From assembly GCA_973895155.1 (NCBI GenBank), contig OZ316891.1:3423801-3487800 (forward strand): 64,000 nt of DNA, written 5' to 3'. Below, piece after piece: positions 1 to 14,716 of the stretch. This stretch comes from Marsupella aquatica (lineage: Eukaryota > Plantae > Marchantiophyta). Within the stretch, counting starts at the first letter, position 1. Every line of letters begins with the position of its first letter. The position numbers were made by a program, and so were the translations under genes. The notes beneath the pieces are model-generated. The model saw only the letters and a list, made by a program, of their open reading frames with translations, was not told the origin of the DNA and searched no databases.

Positions 1-82
1 GACCTTATAGTAATCATGTTAGTGCTCGCTGACGACGTTTCAAGTCAAGTGCGTTCCCTTCATGTGTGGGATGGGATTGCAG

Positions 83-3000
83 GCTATCTCCACAGAAGGG
101 CGAGCGATGTATAATCTCGGTCAATCTGGTCTGACGTTTTGGGCTCCGAATATCAACATTTTCCGAGATCCGAGATGGGGAAGAGGACAAGAAACACCTG
201 GAGAAGATCCGTTCTTAACAAGCGCTTATGCTACTGCTTTTGTGAAAGCAATGCAAGTGATCAACTATGCAGAAGAAGGAAGCAATTTTTCTACTCCGTT
301 TGATCGACAGTCGGGTAACTTAGTGGCGTCAAATCCCTCGTCAAATCTCTCGTCAAATACTGGCGACTTTGATAGCATGTTGAAGACCTCCGTTTGTTGT
401 AAGCACTTCACAGCGTACGATCTGGAAAACTGGGACGGTTACGATCGTTATCACTTCAATGCCGAGGTAATGTACTCCTCCCAACATAGTGCACCATTGA
501 TAGAAGGGAGGACCGAGCACTTTTTACTCTCACCGTTGATTGAACAATTGGATACCGTTGAAGTATCTCTCATCTAGTTTCTTAGCAACTCGTTTGTAGG
601 ATTCCCTCTTCTTAGAAGGAATTGCACTTTAGAAATTTGCTTTTCAGTGAGGAATGACTGCACTTTCTACAGGTGCAATAAAAGTGCCAATGCCTGCCTT
701 AGGGCGTGGCTCCATCTGAATTTCACATAGGCGAAAAGAAATCTTTAAAAGAAATAAAGAATTCGTCCCGTAATCCTCATGACAAGCAAACTAAAAGCAG
801 TAGAATTCTAAAGATTTTGTACTGACCGTCTTGATCTGAATACTTGGTGATGGCTTTCCAGGTGTCCAATGAAGATCTGGAAGACACCTACAATCCTCCA
901 TTCCAAAGCTGTGTTGAGCAGGGACAAGCGAGTAGCGTAATGTGTTCCTACAATCGTGTGAATGGCGTTCCTGCATGTGCCGATTACAATTTCCTCACAG
1001 TTACTGCGAGGCAGCGTTGGGGGCTCAATGGGTATAGATCCAAAATCTAATACGTGGAATCTTCTTGCTAAATCCGGCTCCTCTGTTTTCGCTGCTTTCC
1101 AATTCATAAATCTGATCAGTCGCTGTACTCACACTCAGCTGATCGAAGGTCTAACGAGCCTCCTGCCGCACTAGCTTAGAAGCTGCACCAATCCGGTTCA
1201 AATTGGAAATTCATGGTGTGACAGAATTCTTTGTGGGATATCGGTACGGACCACGTTCGATGTGATCGAGAGTGTGATGTAGAACAGTGAATTCCTCTAA
1301 ACGATTTTTCTGTTTTCAGGTATATTGTATCGGACTGTGATGCAGTAGAGCTCATTTATGATTCAATAGGTTACGTCCCTACTGGAGAAGATGCAACTGC
1401 TATCACATTCAACGCTGGTAAGCAAGCAATTGACGAAGCTACGCGGCTTACATCTCTCACAAGAAGCGCCTAACCTTACAAAGTATTTATGACATGATAT
1501 GCACCACAGGTCGGAGACAGTGACATAGGTTCAGATCACTGTCCAGTGCTCAGTTGACTTCATATAATAACAGGCAGGCATTTGATTTGATGTTCTATTA
1601 TTGTCCGTAAGGGACAATTAGCCCGGAGATCTTTTGGTACCAATTGCGATTCCCAGTTAATGTACTTGAACAGAGCGATTAATGTGCGATTGATTTGTCT
1701 ATCTTTGCGCTTAATAGATATGATTATAGTTTGAGTGGTTTGGTATGATGCATTTTGATATTAGATCGTCCACAAAACTAATTGTGACCAATGATCATCT
1801 ACAGGTATGGACCTTAATTGTGGAACGACTGCAGCAACTTTCGGACAGTCTGCAGTTGACCAAGGAAAACTCAACGAGACAACAATAGATGGCGCCCTTG
1901 TCAACCTGTTTCAGGTTCGGATACGCCTTGGGGAATTCGACGGCGATCCCCGGTATCAAATTTACGGTTCTTTAGGTGAATCAGACATCTGCTCATCTGC
2001 TCATCAACAGTTGGCAGTTGAAGCTGCGACACAGGGTATTGTGCTGCTGAAAAATGACGGGAATACTTTGCCCCTGCTACTTGGTGACGTTCAGTCTGTA
2101 GCCGTGATTGGTCCTAACGCAAACGCAACGCTTACCATGCTCGGAAATTACGCTGGTACTTCCCTCTGAACTCACAAGTTGGATATGATCCCAAAGTGAT
2201 CACCAACTCTCTGCACTGTGCTTCTAGCTTGTTTGCGTTTCAAAAACTGAGATTATTGCACTAGCAGAAGATTGGAAAGCCAGCCATGTTGAATGAATCT
2301 TGTTAACAAGCATGTATACCGGTTGACATTCTTGCAGGAACTCCGTGCGGATACATAACGCCTATCCAGGGATTGCAGAAATACGTCAGCTCTGTACAAT
2401 ACGAAGCAGGATGTGCAGACATTCCGTGCGAATCAGACCAGTTCATAGATAACGCGATTCAAGTAGCGGACGGGCCGGATGCCACGATACTTGTCGTCGG
2501 TCTCGATCAGACACAAGAAAAGGAAACTCTGGACAGAACCCACCTGCGCTTACCAGGGCAGCAGGAGAACCTCGTTTCTGCCGTTGCGAACTCGTCAACC
2601 GGGCCTGTCATTCTCGTAGTAATGTGCGGGGGAGCAGTAGACATCTCCTTCGCTAAATACAACCCCAACATACAAAGCATTATCTGGGTCGGCTACCCAG
2701 GACAAGCAGGAGGAGAAGCCCTCGCAGACATCATCTTTGGCCACAGAAATCCAGGTGCAGTACATGGTTAGATCTACATTCAAATGTACCCATAAGAAAA
2801 ATATTAAATTTGGTGAAAGATTATCAAAAGTATGTTCTTAGAAGGCTAAATAAAGTACGCTTAGTACATAATATTAGCAGAGAAACATCCCCCTCAAATC
2901 ATTGAAATTCTATGAAGTACCAAAGTCGTGAATCAATACTCCTAACGCTGTACTTTGAGCTTGGATATTTGGAATGATTTATCTCTCGAGGCCCCTTAGA

Positions 3001-3646
3001 CTAAGTAAATTTGACCGGCCTCTTCGATGCAGGTGGCAAATTACCGGTATCCTGGTATTCAGAATCCTACATCAATACTTCTATGCTAAACATGGGCATG
3101 AGGCCCGATCCAGCTTCAGACTATCCCGGCAGAACATACCGGTATTACACTGGACAGACCGTTTATAATTTCGGGGATGGTATGAGTTACACCAACTTCT
3201 CCCACTCACCCCCACAATGTCGTTCATCTCGGATCCAAATTCCGGGTCGAAAGCAGTTACGGTGCTTCCACCACCCGTATCTGAGAAGGGAATGCGCAGA
3301 TGCGGCCAAGGAGGCACTCGAAGGGGAAGTAACCTGTGACGACGCAGCTTTTTTTGTGAGAGTACTAGTGAAGAACGAAGGAGTACGACTGGGGACGAAT
3401 GTGGTTTTGTTGTACTCAATGCCGCCCAACCGAGGTGTCCATGGAAATCCGTTGAAGCAATTATTGGGATTTCAGAGCGTGCAGCTTGATGCCCAAGAAG
3501 AAACCGAAATTGGTTTCCATGTTCTTCCCTGCAAGCATCTGGCCACGGTTGGGAAGAGCGGATTCAAAGAAGTGCAAGAAGGAATTCACACTTTTGTGAT
3601 AGGAACCGAATACTCCTTGGCACACAAAGTGTTATTTTATTTTTGA
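83..3646 (+). CDS. BXL: Glycoside hydrolase family 3 beta-D-xylosidase/alpha-L-arabinofuranosidase (5' end outside window); exons 83-466, 862-1031, 1320-1417, 1805-2155, 2338-2754, 3033-3646
   Basis: GH3 motifs [45 protein letters not shown] (nucleophile Asp), [17 protein letters not shown] and YPGRTYRYY. All introns are GT..AG and keep the frame; stop TGA at 3644-3646. Confidence 0.95.
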
Positions 3647-5810
3647 CGCAATCACCCACTGGAGAAAGAGCTTTGACATTCTAAAACGTACCAACCAAAA
3701 GAGAGTTTAAGCTCAACTCTACATGTATTCAGTACCCGGATGGGCACCGTATCACTATTATATAATAACCTCTGAAATAAATTCGAATACTTCAAACTCA
3801 AGACAATGTCTGAAGCTACTTGTATGAAAGCATCGAAGACTGTGCAACAGAAAGAACTCTACGAAGCAGGCTGGCCACCACTGACTGATTAGAGAGGTGC
3901 GATTGCACTGCCATGGCCGTTGATTTTCAATGGCATCGATACGGTCCTCATTTTCCGGTAATTGGCCAAGAAATATATTTATTTATGTATGGGAAAGCAA
4001 CTTCGTTCGTTGAATCCATACACCCATGGATCAAAAACGTATTTCAGTATTTGATTGTCAGCGTCATAGGCGACGGCAGTGATATCCGTGAGTCATGAGC
4101 GGCGAACGCACTCCTGCAGCTACAGAACACTGGTGATTAGGCTTCCATGCTAACAACGTACTGACTAGGTATCTAGATAGTGCCTAGTACAAGGTTCCAC
4201 GCTCACAGCTAGGCAGATAGACAGCAACCCATCGTTCGTAGCCAAAACGACCATCACAGATAGGAAGGCGTCAACGGTGTTGAAGCCTTCCACTAAGCCA
4301 CTCCATGGATCGATCAAGATTTCATCAATATAGTCTCCTCGATCACGTACCGCTGTACCGCCCAGAAGAATGTACATTCGCGTACTGGATCAGTACTGTC
4401 TGTGTACGCAGTTGCCCGGCCTTCCAGCTTAGATTTCGCAAAAAGGAATCCATCTTTAAATATACTAAGTTACTAAATTGTTCATCCCTCTATCAAAACA
4501 ATGCAGGTGCGCGCGTTGACAACCGATTACAGCCGAATGTTTGTGCACAAATCTTGCAGAGTCTGTTTCCACACTTGAATCGCATTCTGCGAGCCTGTTT
4601 CCCACATGAATTGCAAATCTGCGAGTATTGAAGCGCTCGATGTCCCGTTCCCAAAGAACCATTCTAGTGACCTTGAAATCGCACGGCTGGTTACACAAAG
4701 CTGAACATCCTTCACGACTCAATCTGCACGCCTGAATTTTTTGTCCACGAAATTATCATTGAGTAGAGTCTCTAGGCTCCACACTTTTTGCATGTGAACC
4801 TCAGTGGAATCATGAGACTGCTGGCGAGATTGTTGGCATACATCATTCAAATCCGATATTCTCCGGAGAGGGCCCCGAAAGAGCTAAGCATAGCTACTGC
4901 AGTACTCTCAGAATGATTTGAAAGGCTGATTGCTTCTACCATTTATGCAATGCCTGGATGGTCCAACGTCTTGTTTAAGTGTATCATATCAAGAAGTTTC
5001 CGGTCCATATTGTCGTACCCAATTTTGCATTAAACTTCTATACAGACCACTATGCTAGTAGTCATGTTTCGTTATATCTAAACACTGATATGGGGAATAA
5101 TATTCAATCCAACTCGTCTGTTTACTTAATGTTGGTGACAATCGGCTCTGGGTGACTGTGTTTTTTATAATACCATTAGATCACTCCATAACGCAGTTAA
5201 ACCTTGAGTTTTAAAACAAGATCATAGAAACTTTGAAAACACTCATCAAAACACCTATATGTTGGATCCATGAGATGCATGTGCTAACAAATGAGATGGT
5301 GGAACAAAACAAAGGAGATGGTGGAACAAAGGCAATGGTGGAGGATGGCGGGTGGCTACTGCATGCAAGGGACGCGCAGGCCTTTGGATCTTTCATTCTG
5401 ACAAATGCGACTAGATTAATTTTGATCATTATGAAACTTGAAATAACCACTATGATGGAAACTCTGTCAAAATCACTATTGGAAAAATTTCAAGTTTCAC
5501 TAGTTTTAAATTAATGATCTTTTGGTAATTATTATATATGCCATTTCCACTGTGCCATTCTATGCTATTGAGGGGTACATAAACTTTGTGATGTTTGGCT
5601 TTAAAGGAATGGCCTCTTTTATAATAGTACTTTATTATCCTCTTCATGTTAAGTCCTAAGAATGTAAAACCCTTCATGTGAAGACTAGAGGCCTTGGGCC
5701 CTCAGTGTTAACTAATATGGGAAAACTTGTGAATGCTCAAAGGATGGATTTTATGGCTCCTGGTAGCCCTCTAGATAGTGACCCCAAAGCCATAATAACT
5801 ATTTCAGGGG

Positions 5811-6094
5811 CTCGGGGGCTTCACTATATGGGGACCTCTCTATCATCTGCAATGTTTGGGACCCCCTAAAATGTAAGAATTTTTTTTTAAATACCCCTAT
5901 AAAGTTGGAATATTCTTGGAATATTCCAAAAATTGGATTAAAAAGACCCTAATGTTATTATAAGTCCTCAAAATTAAATTTAAAAGATACTATTGTTCTT
6001 CTACAAAACTTTTTAGGTTTTCTCTTAGAACCATAAAATAACACTATCCTTGGTCACACGTGATATGTCATTTTTGTGAAAATAAAACCCCGAG
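5811..6094 (+). mobile_element. MITE family B (CTCGGGGG-type TIR), older copy
   Basis: Starts CTCGGGGGCTTCACT, ends AAACCCCGAG. Body (GGAATATTCTTGGAATATTCC...CACGTGATATG) is the reverse complement of the copies at 15361 and 58596. TSD degenerate. Confidence 0.75.
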
Positions 6095-7357
6095 TTTCAA
6101 GGAATTGTGCTAGACTTTCTCTAATTTTGGGTCCAAGCAGACAACATGTATGTCCCCATTAACATAAAGCAAAGGGTGTTTTTGTGATCCTAGAAAATAT
6201 TTATCTAAGACTTACATACTCTCATATGCTCAGTACGTATCTGTTTGCTCTATATGCTAGAAAAATATATTAATATTTGGCTTGGCTTGACAAAATGATA
6301 AACTCCTTGAATGTGTCATCAATCTTGGGATCAGTCTATCTAGAACCTAATGTCTGTAAATTTGTATGCTATTTTTCCAGGCCACCGTGTCAACTCTAAG
6401 GAGAGTCCCATATCACTGATGCAGTTCTTAGAATAAAGACTCACTAACCATTAACAAAAAAGATAATTAAATGTTTTATGTTCGTAATTATCAACTTTTT
6501 AAAGAATTTTAGTAATATTCCCTAAATTTTCTGAATTCTGATTTAATTTTTTTTCTGAATTTGGAATATTTATCTCGGATGGACTGAAGGGTTTGTTCTG
6601 CTCATCGATGCATTGTGTATATAGCCACCATCAATTTTTACCAGGGGAAAAAAGTGACCGACTGTTTTTGGATGGACTCCTCACTTTTACTGATGACACC
6701 TCAAGTAATTTTTGTAGGCACCTTCACCAAGTGAACCAAAAACTGCAAACTTGTGCAATATTGAACAATTTTTGGATATATATTAAATCTCAATATTCCT
6801 AGCATGTTCTCTAATGTCCAATCTATTACCTCAAAAAGTTTGAATGCTGGAATCAATTTCTCCATTTTTGACAAGCGCAAAAATGACCAGATTGTTATAT
6901 AAACCAATTGCCAATGGACAATTTATTTTCGGGGAGGACGTCCCAAGTAGTTTGGCATGAGCAACAAATATATGATCACTTTTGGGAAAGATGCCCGAGT
7001 AATTTGCGCAAGTTAGTTACCACCAAGTGAACTAATTAAAACTGGTCAACTCCAAATGGTTTGGAGCACATTTATAGGTCAAATTTCAATCAAAACTGTA
7101 AAATATACATGCAGCTACGGAGTCTCTTTGGAAATCCAGTACATCCAAGATTTGGAAATCCACCACGGATTCCGAGAAAATCCCTTAGGTCCATAGGGGC
7201 TTTATTTTCCTGAATTTGATTTAGAAACCTTAGTGTTAGTTATTCCAGAAAGAATTGTAAGTGTTTAAGCAATTGATAAATTCTATACTTGCATGAAGAT
7301 GGGAAGAAAATACTGAAGACTCGGTTACATTCTGTCAAGAAAATCTTGTATTCAACT

Positions 7358-7653
7358 CTCAGGGGCCTCACTCCAAGGGAATCTCATATTATATACAAAG
7401 TTTTCAAATAGTAAACACCCTAAAACTTAAGAAAATAAAGTAAAATTTTAGTAATTTTTCCCATAAATTTATAAATTATTCTAGGAATATTCTCACATTT
7501 GGTATTAAAAAACCTTATAGTTCTCAAAATTGGATTAAAGCACCCATATATTTCTTCAACAAAACTTTTAAAATCTTCCGCATAATTGAATTAAAAAAAC
7601 CCTAACCTTTTTTTCATGTGATGGGTTAGAAGAAAAAAAGTGAGTACCCCAGG
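7358..7653 (+). mobile_element. MITE family B, diverged copy with 8-bp TSD ATTCAACT
   Basis: ATTCAACT|CTCAGGGGCCTCACT ... GTGAGTACCCCAGG|ATTCAACT (TSD 7350-7357 and 7654-7661). Confidence 0.8.
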
Positions 7654-9407
7654 ATTCAACTCTGGCAAAGTAAGGAATACCAAATGTTGCACAGTGTTTT
7701 TCCATCCAAAACAAACAAATATTAGTTATTGAAGAAGTTATAAAGTTTTTGAACGGCCAAGTTTACAAGGCAAACACAAATCTTTCTCATTGAAGCACTT
7801 CAAATAATTATGTGCACTTTTTTTTAAAGTACTTTGGAATGAGGTGGAAATTTTTAAATGAGAAGCAAATGATTGAGATGTAAAATTTTTAATATATACT
7901 GGAGATGCGCGCGTAAAGTTTTTGCACACACTTGATTGACATGCATGATGTGAATTTTTTTATTAGAGGTATGTTTTAACAAAGATGACAAAATAATGCA
8001 CCCCTGCAAACATGGAGCCAATGAGAGTTACTGAATTTTTGTCAAGATACTATGGTTCTAGGAGTGGAGTTATGAATGATCAATACATATGTAGCATATA
8101 TACAACATTAAATAAGTACATATGTATAATTTTAAATAATATATATAGGGTTAAAACTGAGACAGAGTTTGACAATATGGCACCTTAAGTTTACAATTTC
8201 AACAACAATGTGACCTATGAATGGTCTTTTTACTGTTTGTAGCCTATTTCTGCTAGTTTACTTGGTGGGAAGTCACTGCTTATATGCTCAATCTAGTAAG
8301 GGCATTCTTAGCAAAAGTGAAGCACCCATTTTCAGTTGATTTATAATATCTGACACCCTGGCAAATCACTAACTCTAATAAAAATGCCTAAACCCCTATG
8401 GACATATGCATCTCAAGCACCCCTTATTGTATATTTTGATAAAGTAATCATTGAAATCTTAATAGAGAAAATTTTCCAAATTAAAAGTACCCTTTGAGCA
8501 TATAATTATAAGAGACTACTCAATGTATCCATTACTTATCTGCTTTATTTATTGTAACTATCGGTGAGGCCACAAAGTCATGTGCTCTTGAAAGAAAAAT
8601 TGACCCATTCCCACATATTGGTCAATCTCCCACTTATAGACCATTTTCCCTAGTAATCCATGCTAATTGACTAAAACAAGAAAAGTGCAAAGTGTATAAA
8701 GAGGACACAATCCCACATTAAAGCATATTAATAGGAAATACCCCAAGTTTCACTATTGACATTTAACCAAGTAGGAAAATGTATTGGAGAAGAAGCTAAA
8801 GAACATAATTAATTTATTACAAACAAAGTTTACACTTTCATTTCTTCCTTGTGCAATTTCATTTTGTAAATACAATACATGCATATGCCTGAATACATGG
8901 GCTGGTTTTATGGACAGTTTTGGTGAGTGTACGTAAAAATTAGTTTATGGACCCCCATCTCACTGCCAGGGCAAACATCTACACGGAGACCATAGAGCCG
9001 CAGCCATTATAAAGTAGAAAAAGTTGAGGTATAGCAAGTAGGTCATGATGAGATTTTCAATTTTTATTATGACATTTCGGTTGCACGATGGCAATCATTG
9101 TAAATTAATTGTCAGTAAAGCATTTGAAGAAATGGAAGTTTGCTAAAATTCGCGTCTCCGGAAATTCTGTTTGACAAGCTTGAGGTAGAGTCCTCGGTTT
9201 TCTATGGTCTTCGTGACATTGTATAGATGTGTGGATGCCGCACTTGTGTCATAGGTACTAAGTAGAACAGGGACAACTGGCCGACCAAATTCCTCTAGCT
9301 TTCGTTCCATGAAGTCGTCGTAAACCGCGCAGAGAGGAGTAAATGTACAACAGTCCCGCTAAGTCTCTTGAAAGTTGGAATGAAGCTTCGTCTTTTGCAG
9401 CCCCCTA

Positions 9408-9554
9408 TTAACGGAAAGCATCAGACAACATCAACTCCTTGAACTCCTGAAAGTCCACCTTCCCATTACCGTCTGCATCGACTCCCTTGATCATCTGCTG
9501 ACACTTCTTATAACTATGTCCTTCTTTCATGCCCATGCTCTTCAACACCATCTG
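9408..9554 (-). pseudogene. Calmodulin-like (CML) C-terminal EF-hand fragment
   Basis: Manual translation QMVLKSMGMKEGHSYKKCQQMIKGVDADGNGKVDFQEFKELMLSDAFR* has a canonical DxDGNGxVDFxEF loop; no upstream EF-hands found. Confidence 0.75.
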
Positions 9555-11665
9555 CACGTAGATGAGGCCCTTATTGAACCCTGCTAAGCTTGCTTCTCTT
9601 TTGTTCGCTCGTGCCTCATGCGTTGGAAAATCTAACAGTAGCGAGAAGCATCATCGAGTTAGGAATTGCAATGATGACGCCATGGAAAGGAATGTTGAGT
9701 GATCCAACATAGAATCATGTCCACTTCTTCCTTTGTGGCAGTAGAAGGTCAAGAAAATTGTCACGATTACTTTGTCATCAGATCAACTTGCCAAGAGAGA
9801 TTTAGTTGTTATTCAATTGAAACACAATTCAGAATGCGGGTGGGCATCGGTTACTCAGGGTTAAAAAAACGGAAGGTGGGCCTCCTACTAATTGAACAGT
9901 CTATTACCTAGGGTAAATAAAATGGTTATCTTTCAAACATTTTACATCAAGGTTTACGGTATGGCGTCAATTTTACCAAAATCATGCCACAGACACGAAT
10001 GTTGAAGCAATTTTATTTTGTAAACCAATACGTACCTGTTTGCGGCGCATCTCAATGATGTGGCACACTGTGGACTCGTCTCAAATTTTGGAAGGGACCT
10101 CTAGTGGGGTCTATAAATAATCTACAACCCTCATATGCATACAAATTAAAAATTACGTTAAATATGAATTATGATAGCCATTTAACAGATCCTACAGATC
10201 ATAGTATATATATGGGGCTAAGGGAGAGTTTGGAATCGATCATTTCATGGCCCCAATGTCAAGTTGTAAAGTAAGTGAGCTCCAATAAATGCTGGTAAAC
10301 CTAAAAGTGACGTACTTGTTTAATTGGCTAGGCCCTTGACAAGAGAAGATATATTGAGGGGCATGTGGGTCCACTTTTAATGTAAAAAACTGAGAATAGG
10401 AATGGGGCAATAGTTTCACTGCTCAGGGAGCCAAAAAGGACACTCAGGCAATGCGTTAATCTACCAGCGATCTTGTGGAGAGACATCAGTCAGAGACCTC
10501 CAACTGAAGAGAGGTGGTATCAAACCTAGGACAAAAATGTGCTTCAGATTCATCTATTCATAAAGTAAATTACTTTCCTTCAAAGGCGAGGACAGTTTGG
10601 ATATACTCTACCTTCAAAAATGTAATCCATGAGTACATGTCGCACCCTGGGCCCCCACTCCTTTCTAATACGGGGAGGACGTGAGAACCGTTCAAGGGTC
10701 ATTTTTATCCCTTCAACGGTAATTTTTATAATTTGCTTACAATTCCGCAACCTCTGCATATATACCGAAACCACTTTGTAATTTTGCAAGATCCCTTGAA
10801 ATGACATCCTTCTTACTTTTGCGGTAGGGTAAATCAATAGGTAGCAACATGCAACATCATATTGTTGGTACACGTGTCAAATTATAATTGGTACATGTGT
10901 ATTATCCTTACAGTATCCATATCTCCTTCATAGATTAAAATGTTAATATTGGCAGCTATGCTAAGCCAGAAAAGTTTTGAAGGGAGGATTGGGGGCGATC
11001 CCGGGGGCGATGGGTGATGGACCGGGTGTGTGGAGTGAAATTGTAATATATGAAGGATAATTATTATTGCCCAATTTAACTCCCTTTTGTAATACACTGA
11101 AGATACTTTAATAAGAGGAAATTTTTGGTTTTTATAAAAAACAAGGATAATCTCTATAGGAGAAAAATTAATAAGAAGGGGTGCTTGTGTAGGGGAGGCT
11201 CACCTGAAGGTATGATTGTATAATATACAAAGAGTGAGAGCCCAGGGATGTCGCACCCCTAAGCCGGGCCTTAAATCCAGTTTAGTTCCATGGGGCGACC
11301 TCGACCACCAGTAAGGGTGAGGGTTCGGGCAAGGAGGTGTGTAATGGCCACGATTAGCCCTAAGTTAAGCTAAATCAATATACTTATCGGTATAATATTT
11401 ATGCAACTCCTACTGGTCATAGGTATATTTGTTTTCCACCGCTGGAATATTCCCACAGTTAGTGACTCGGACTAACTCCCGGCTTGGGGCTTTCAAGCCA
11501 TCAACGCGATAGAACCTTGTGACATGCAATGGATGGCAATCCCTACCATTAGTCCGCACTTGGTACCTCGCCTGGTATGTCCCTTGAAATGGCGTCTTTG
11601 CCCAAACAAAGCATGCACACAACACCAATTACTCGCGGAGACATTAGAGGGAGAAGACTACATTT

Positions 11666-12034
11666 GGTCAAGTGCAAGCTAGAGGGGTACTGAAAGGATC
11701 TCCATTTTCTCCACCAAAAGGACATAGGTCCTTGGTAAAAGCAATCACTAGAGGACAAAAAGACCAAAATGTTACATGGAATGGCCAAGATTGTTTTGGT
11801 GAGATTGAAAGGTAAGATCTTGCATGCCAAATCTTTGGAAGTGTGTCCACATATTTTGGAATTTAAGAAGAGTGCCCAATCTTTTTGGAAGTGTGCACAA
11901 TCTTTTTGGAAGTGTGCCCAACCTTTTTGGGAGTGTGCTCAGCTAAATCTTAATGACATTTATACTCCTTTCACTCTCCTTTTTGAGCTAGTCCTTGGGG
12001 ACTCCTTTGGTACCCCTCTAGCTTGCTTTTGACC
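11666..12034 (+). mobile_element. MITE family A (GGTCAA...TTGACC TIR), 369 bp, TSD ATTT
   Basis: TIR GGTCAAGTGCAAGCTAGAGGGGTAC / GTACCCCTCTAGCTTGCTTTTGACC; ATTT on both flanks; internal 21-bp tandem units. Confidence 0.92.
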
Positions 12035-13274
12035 ATTTACTCAGCGAAGAATCAGGTTACATAGTTGACTCGACTTCTAAGGGGGTCAGCAGGCCCAACG
12101 ACAGTCGATGCCCAGTCTCTACGAGGCCCCGCCTTGCACTTGCCCAACAAGCTCAACTCTGGCTCTCACTCCTTAGTGCATCTGACCCTGCTCAGGTCGG
12201 GACTCCCCGTGCCTCCCCTTTTCTTGCGCTGAGATAACTAAGCCTTCCCCCTCCCCCACAGAGGGAGGGGAAGCCTAATACTATGGTTGCAAAAAGGAAC
12301 CGGAAGATACTACCTTCCGGGGTAATGCCTACTGACTAACTACCTTCTGACTAGCCGGCCGTACTCCTCGACCGGTTGACCGTTGACGGCAAGGGTGCTG
12401 ACCGGGATGGCAGCAGCTAAGTCTACTGACCAAAATCTAGTCCGTTGATGGACTCTATCATACGTTGGCTAATCCTAACTGATCCTGTCCTCATTCTTCC
12501 TACTGTGCTGCTACTCGGTGCCTAATGACAACAATTCTGTCGTTAAGCCTAATCAAAAAGATGTCGCTAACTCAACTACCTTGCGCGGCGCTTGCTCCCA
12601 CCCTTAGCTAACCACCCCTTACGTGTGTGCTGTGGTCGGACCAGGGTACGTTTGTCCCCCTGTCGGGGCGAGACCTCAAGCCGCCTTGATCAGAGGTGGG
12701 CCCAGGTCTGGCCCGTTGGAGGACTAGTAGAGTAACGCGGTCCTGCAAGGCCTTGTTATCTTGGATCGCCTCCTCTGCCTCGTTTGCCACCTCATCAGCC
12801 TCTACTTGGAGCCAAGCTACGTCTAGATTGAGCTGGTTAATGGAGTCACGATGGGTCTGGTCGTGGGCCAACAATTTATCCCGTTCGGCGGAGAGACTAG
12901 CCACTTGCTGAGCTGCCTGCAGGAATTGGTTGTTGAGGTTGGTCAGGCTGGTAACCCGAGCCGAGGATTCTGAGCGCAATTGAAGCATGGTGTCATCCAG
13001 CTTCTTGAGATCCACTTGCGCCCCGCTCAACTCCTGGGTTAGTCCATCCCGCTGTTCGACGGTGCGAACTAACTCCTCACGGCGGGTAATGGCCTCCTCC
13101 TCGAGGTGTTCTACCAGCATTTGGAGGCACCTGATCTCGTTCCCCTTCGCCATGAGTTCTTCCTCCAAGCGGCTTACAATCCGTGGTTGGTGTTCTAACA
13201 TGAAGAAGGCTGGTTGAAAGTACGCTGAAACTTGTTGTCCGATGTACGTCGCCAGCTCCCTTGACAGAGTCTGA

Positions 13275-13643
13275 GGTCAAAAGCAAGCTAGAGGGGTACC
13301 AAAGGAGTCCCCAAGGACTAGCTCAAAAAGGAGAGTGAAAGGAGTATAAATGTCATTAAGATTTAGCTGAGCACACTCCCAAAAAGGTTGGGCACACTTC
13401 CAAAAAGATTGTGCACACTTCCAAAAAGATTGGGCACTCTTCTTAAATTCCAAAATATGTGGACACACTTCCAAAGATTTGGCATGCAAGATCTTACCTT
13501 TCAATCTCACCAAAACAATCCTAGCCATTCCATGTAACATTTTGGTCTTTTTGTCCTCTAGTGATTGCTTTTACCAAGGACCTATGTCCTTTTGGTGGAG
13601 AAAATGGAGATCCTTTCAGTACCCCTCTAGCTTGCACTTGACC
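13275..13643 (-). mobile_element. MITE family A, 369 bp, TSD CTGA
   Basis: Near-identical reverse complement of 11666-12034; CTGA at 13271-13274 and 13644-13647. Confidence 0.92.
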
Positions 13644-14716
13644 CTGACTAAACGTTTGGACCAGGTCGTAGGCCATGGTCCCCAAGGCTACTTGGTAGTC
13701 CTCCATCCTCTCGGGTACCGGCAGTTCCTCGGGCGGGGCAGCAAGCTCCTCCGTAGTCTGCAATGGGGAGGGGAAGGTTTCTTCAGGTGGTGGAGGGATT
13801 GGAGGTGGTTGTATTGGGGGTAGCGGAGGCTCGACGGAAGGGGGCAGCGGAATTTCAACCCGGGGAGGTGATGGAGTATTAGTCGGGGCCTCTGGCTTGG
13901 GTTTGCTCGAGGTGAGGTAGTCTGCTCGCTTGGGGTAGCCTCCTCCGTAGCGGGAGTGACCTTAGTCGGGGCTGAGGTGGCCATATTCTTTCCCCTGGCC
14001 TCCCGCCTTGCCTTGTACCAGGCGAGGATGATGGCGATATGACTTCCCAGGTAAGTCTCCCCCCCGATAGCCATACCTCCCTGAGCCCGCTTAAGCTCCC
14101 CCGAGAACCTACGATAAAAGAATTGGGCCCAGTTCCGCCGCTTGTACTGTTCCACCTGTATGATCGTGCAGAGTGAAATCTTGGATCATGGCTCAATCAT
14201 GTGTAGGGTAGTCCGTATGAAGTTAAGCCGCTCCATACAGATTAAGTTGGTGCACGACCCCTGCTTGTATCCGTTGTCTGTCTTACCCTCGGGTTTGAAG
14301 TGCCGAGGTGTATACTCCTTATCCCAAATTTGGAGTTCAACCGACACCGGCCTGATTGGCAGACAAAAGATCTGTGCTAGCCGATGCTCCGTGAGTGATA
14401 AGGTCTGCCTTGAAACCTTGGTGGTCGATGCGTCAGTGTCAAAATTGGAGATGAACTCACAAATCTCCTTCAGCCCGGCTGCGCACGGTTGGTTACGCGC
14501 TGCTTCCCATTGTCTGCTGATGTCTTCTTCATATTTCTCGGCTGCAATCTGCTGGTCGATGTATCTCGAAATCTTGTTGAACTCCGCTGGAGTCAGTCTC
14601 TGGCTGCCCCTCAGCCTAAAGAACTTTGCGGGGACTTCAAGAATCACCACTGCCACCGATCTGAACCCTTCCTCACTGATATATAGCTCGGTGATGTAAT
14701 CCCGCAGCTCGTTGTA

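Noticed and set aside
10580-10873. Possible Gypsy pol fragment
   Set aside because: No diagnostic motif could be confirmed
11860-11940. 21-bp periodic repeats resembling a CRISPR array
   Set aside because: Head-to-tail tandem units with no unique spacers, no cas genes, eukaryotic context
11769-12032. Repeated ORFs MLHGMAKIVLVRLKGK.../MACKILPFNL... (also at 13277, 14719, 61247, 62835)
   Set aside because: Chance frames within the non-coding family-A MITE; the KCAQSFW periodicity comes from the 21-bp DNA repeat
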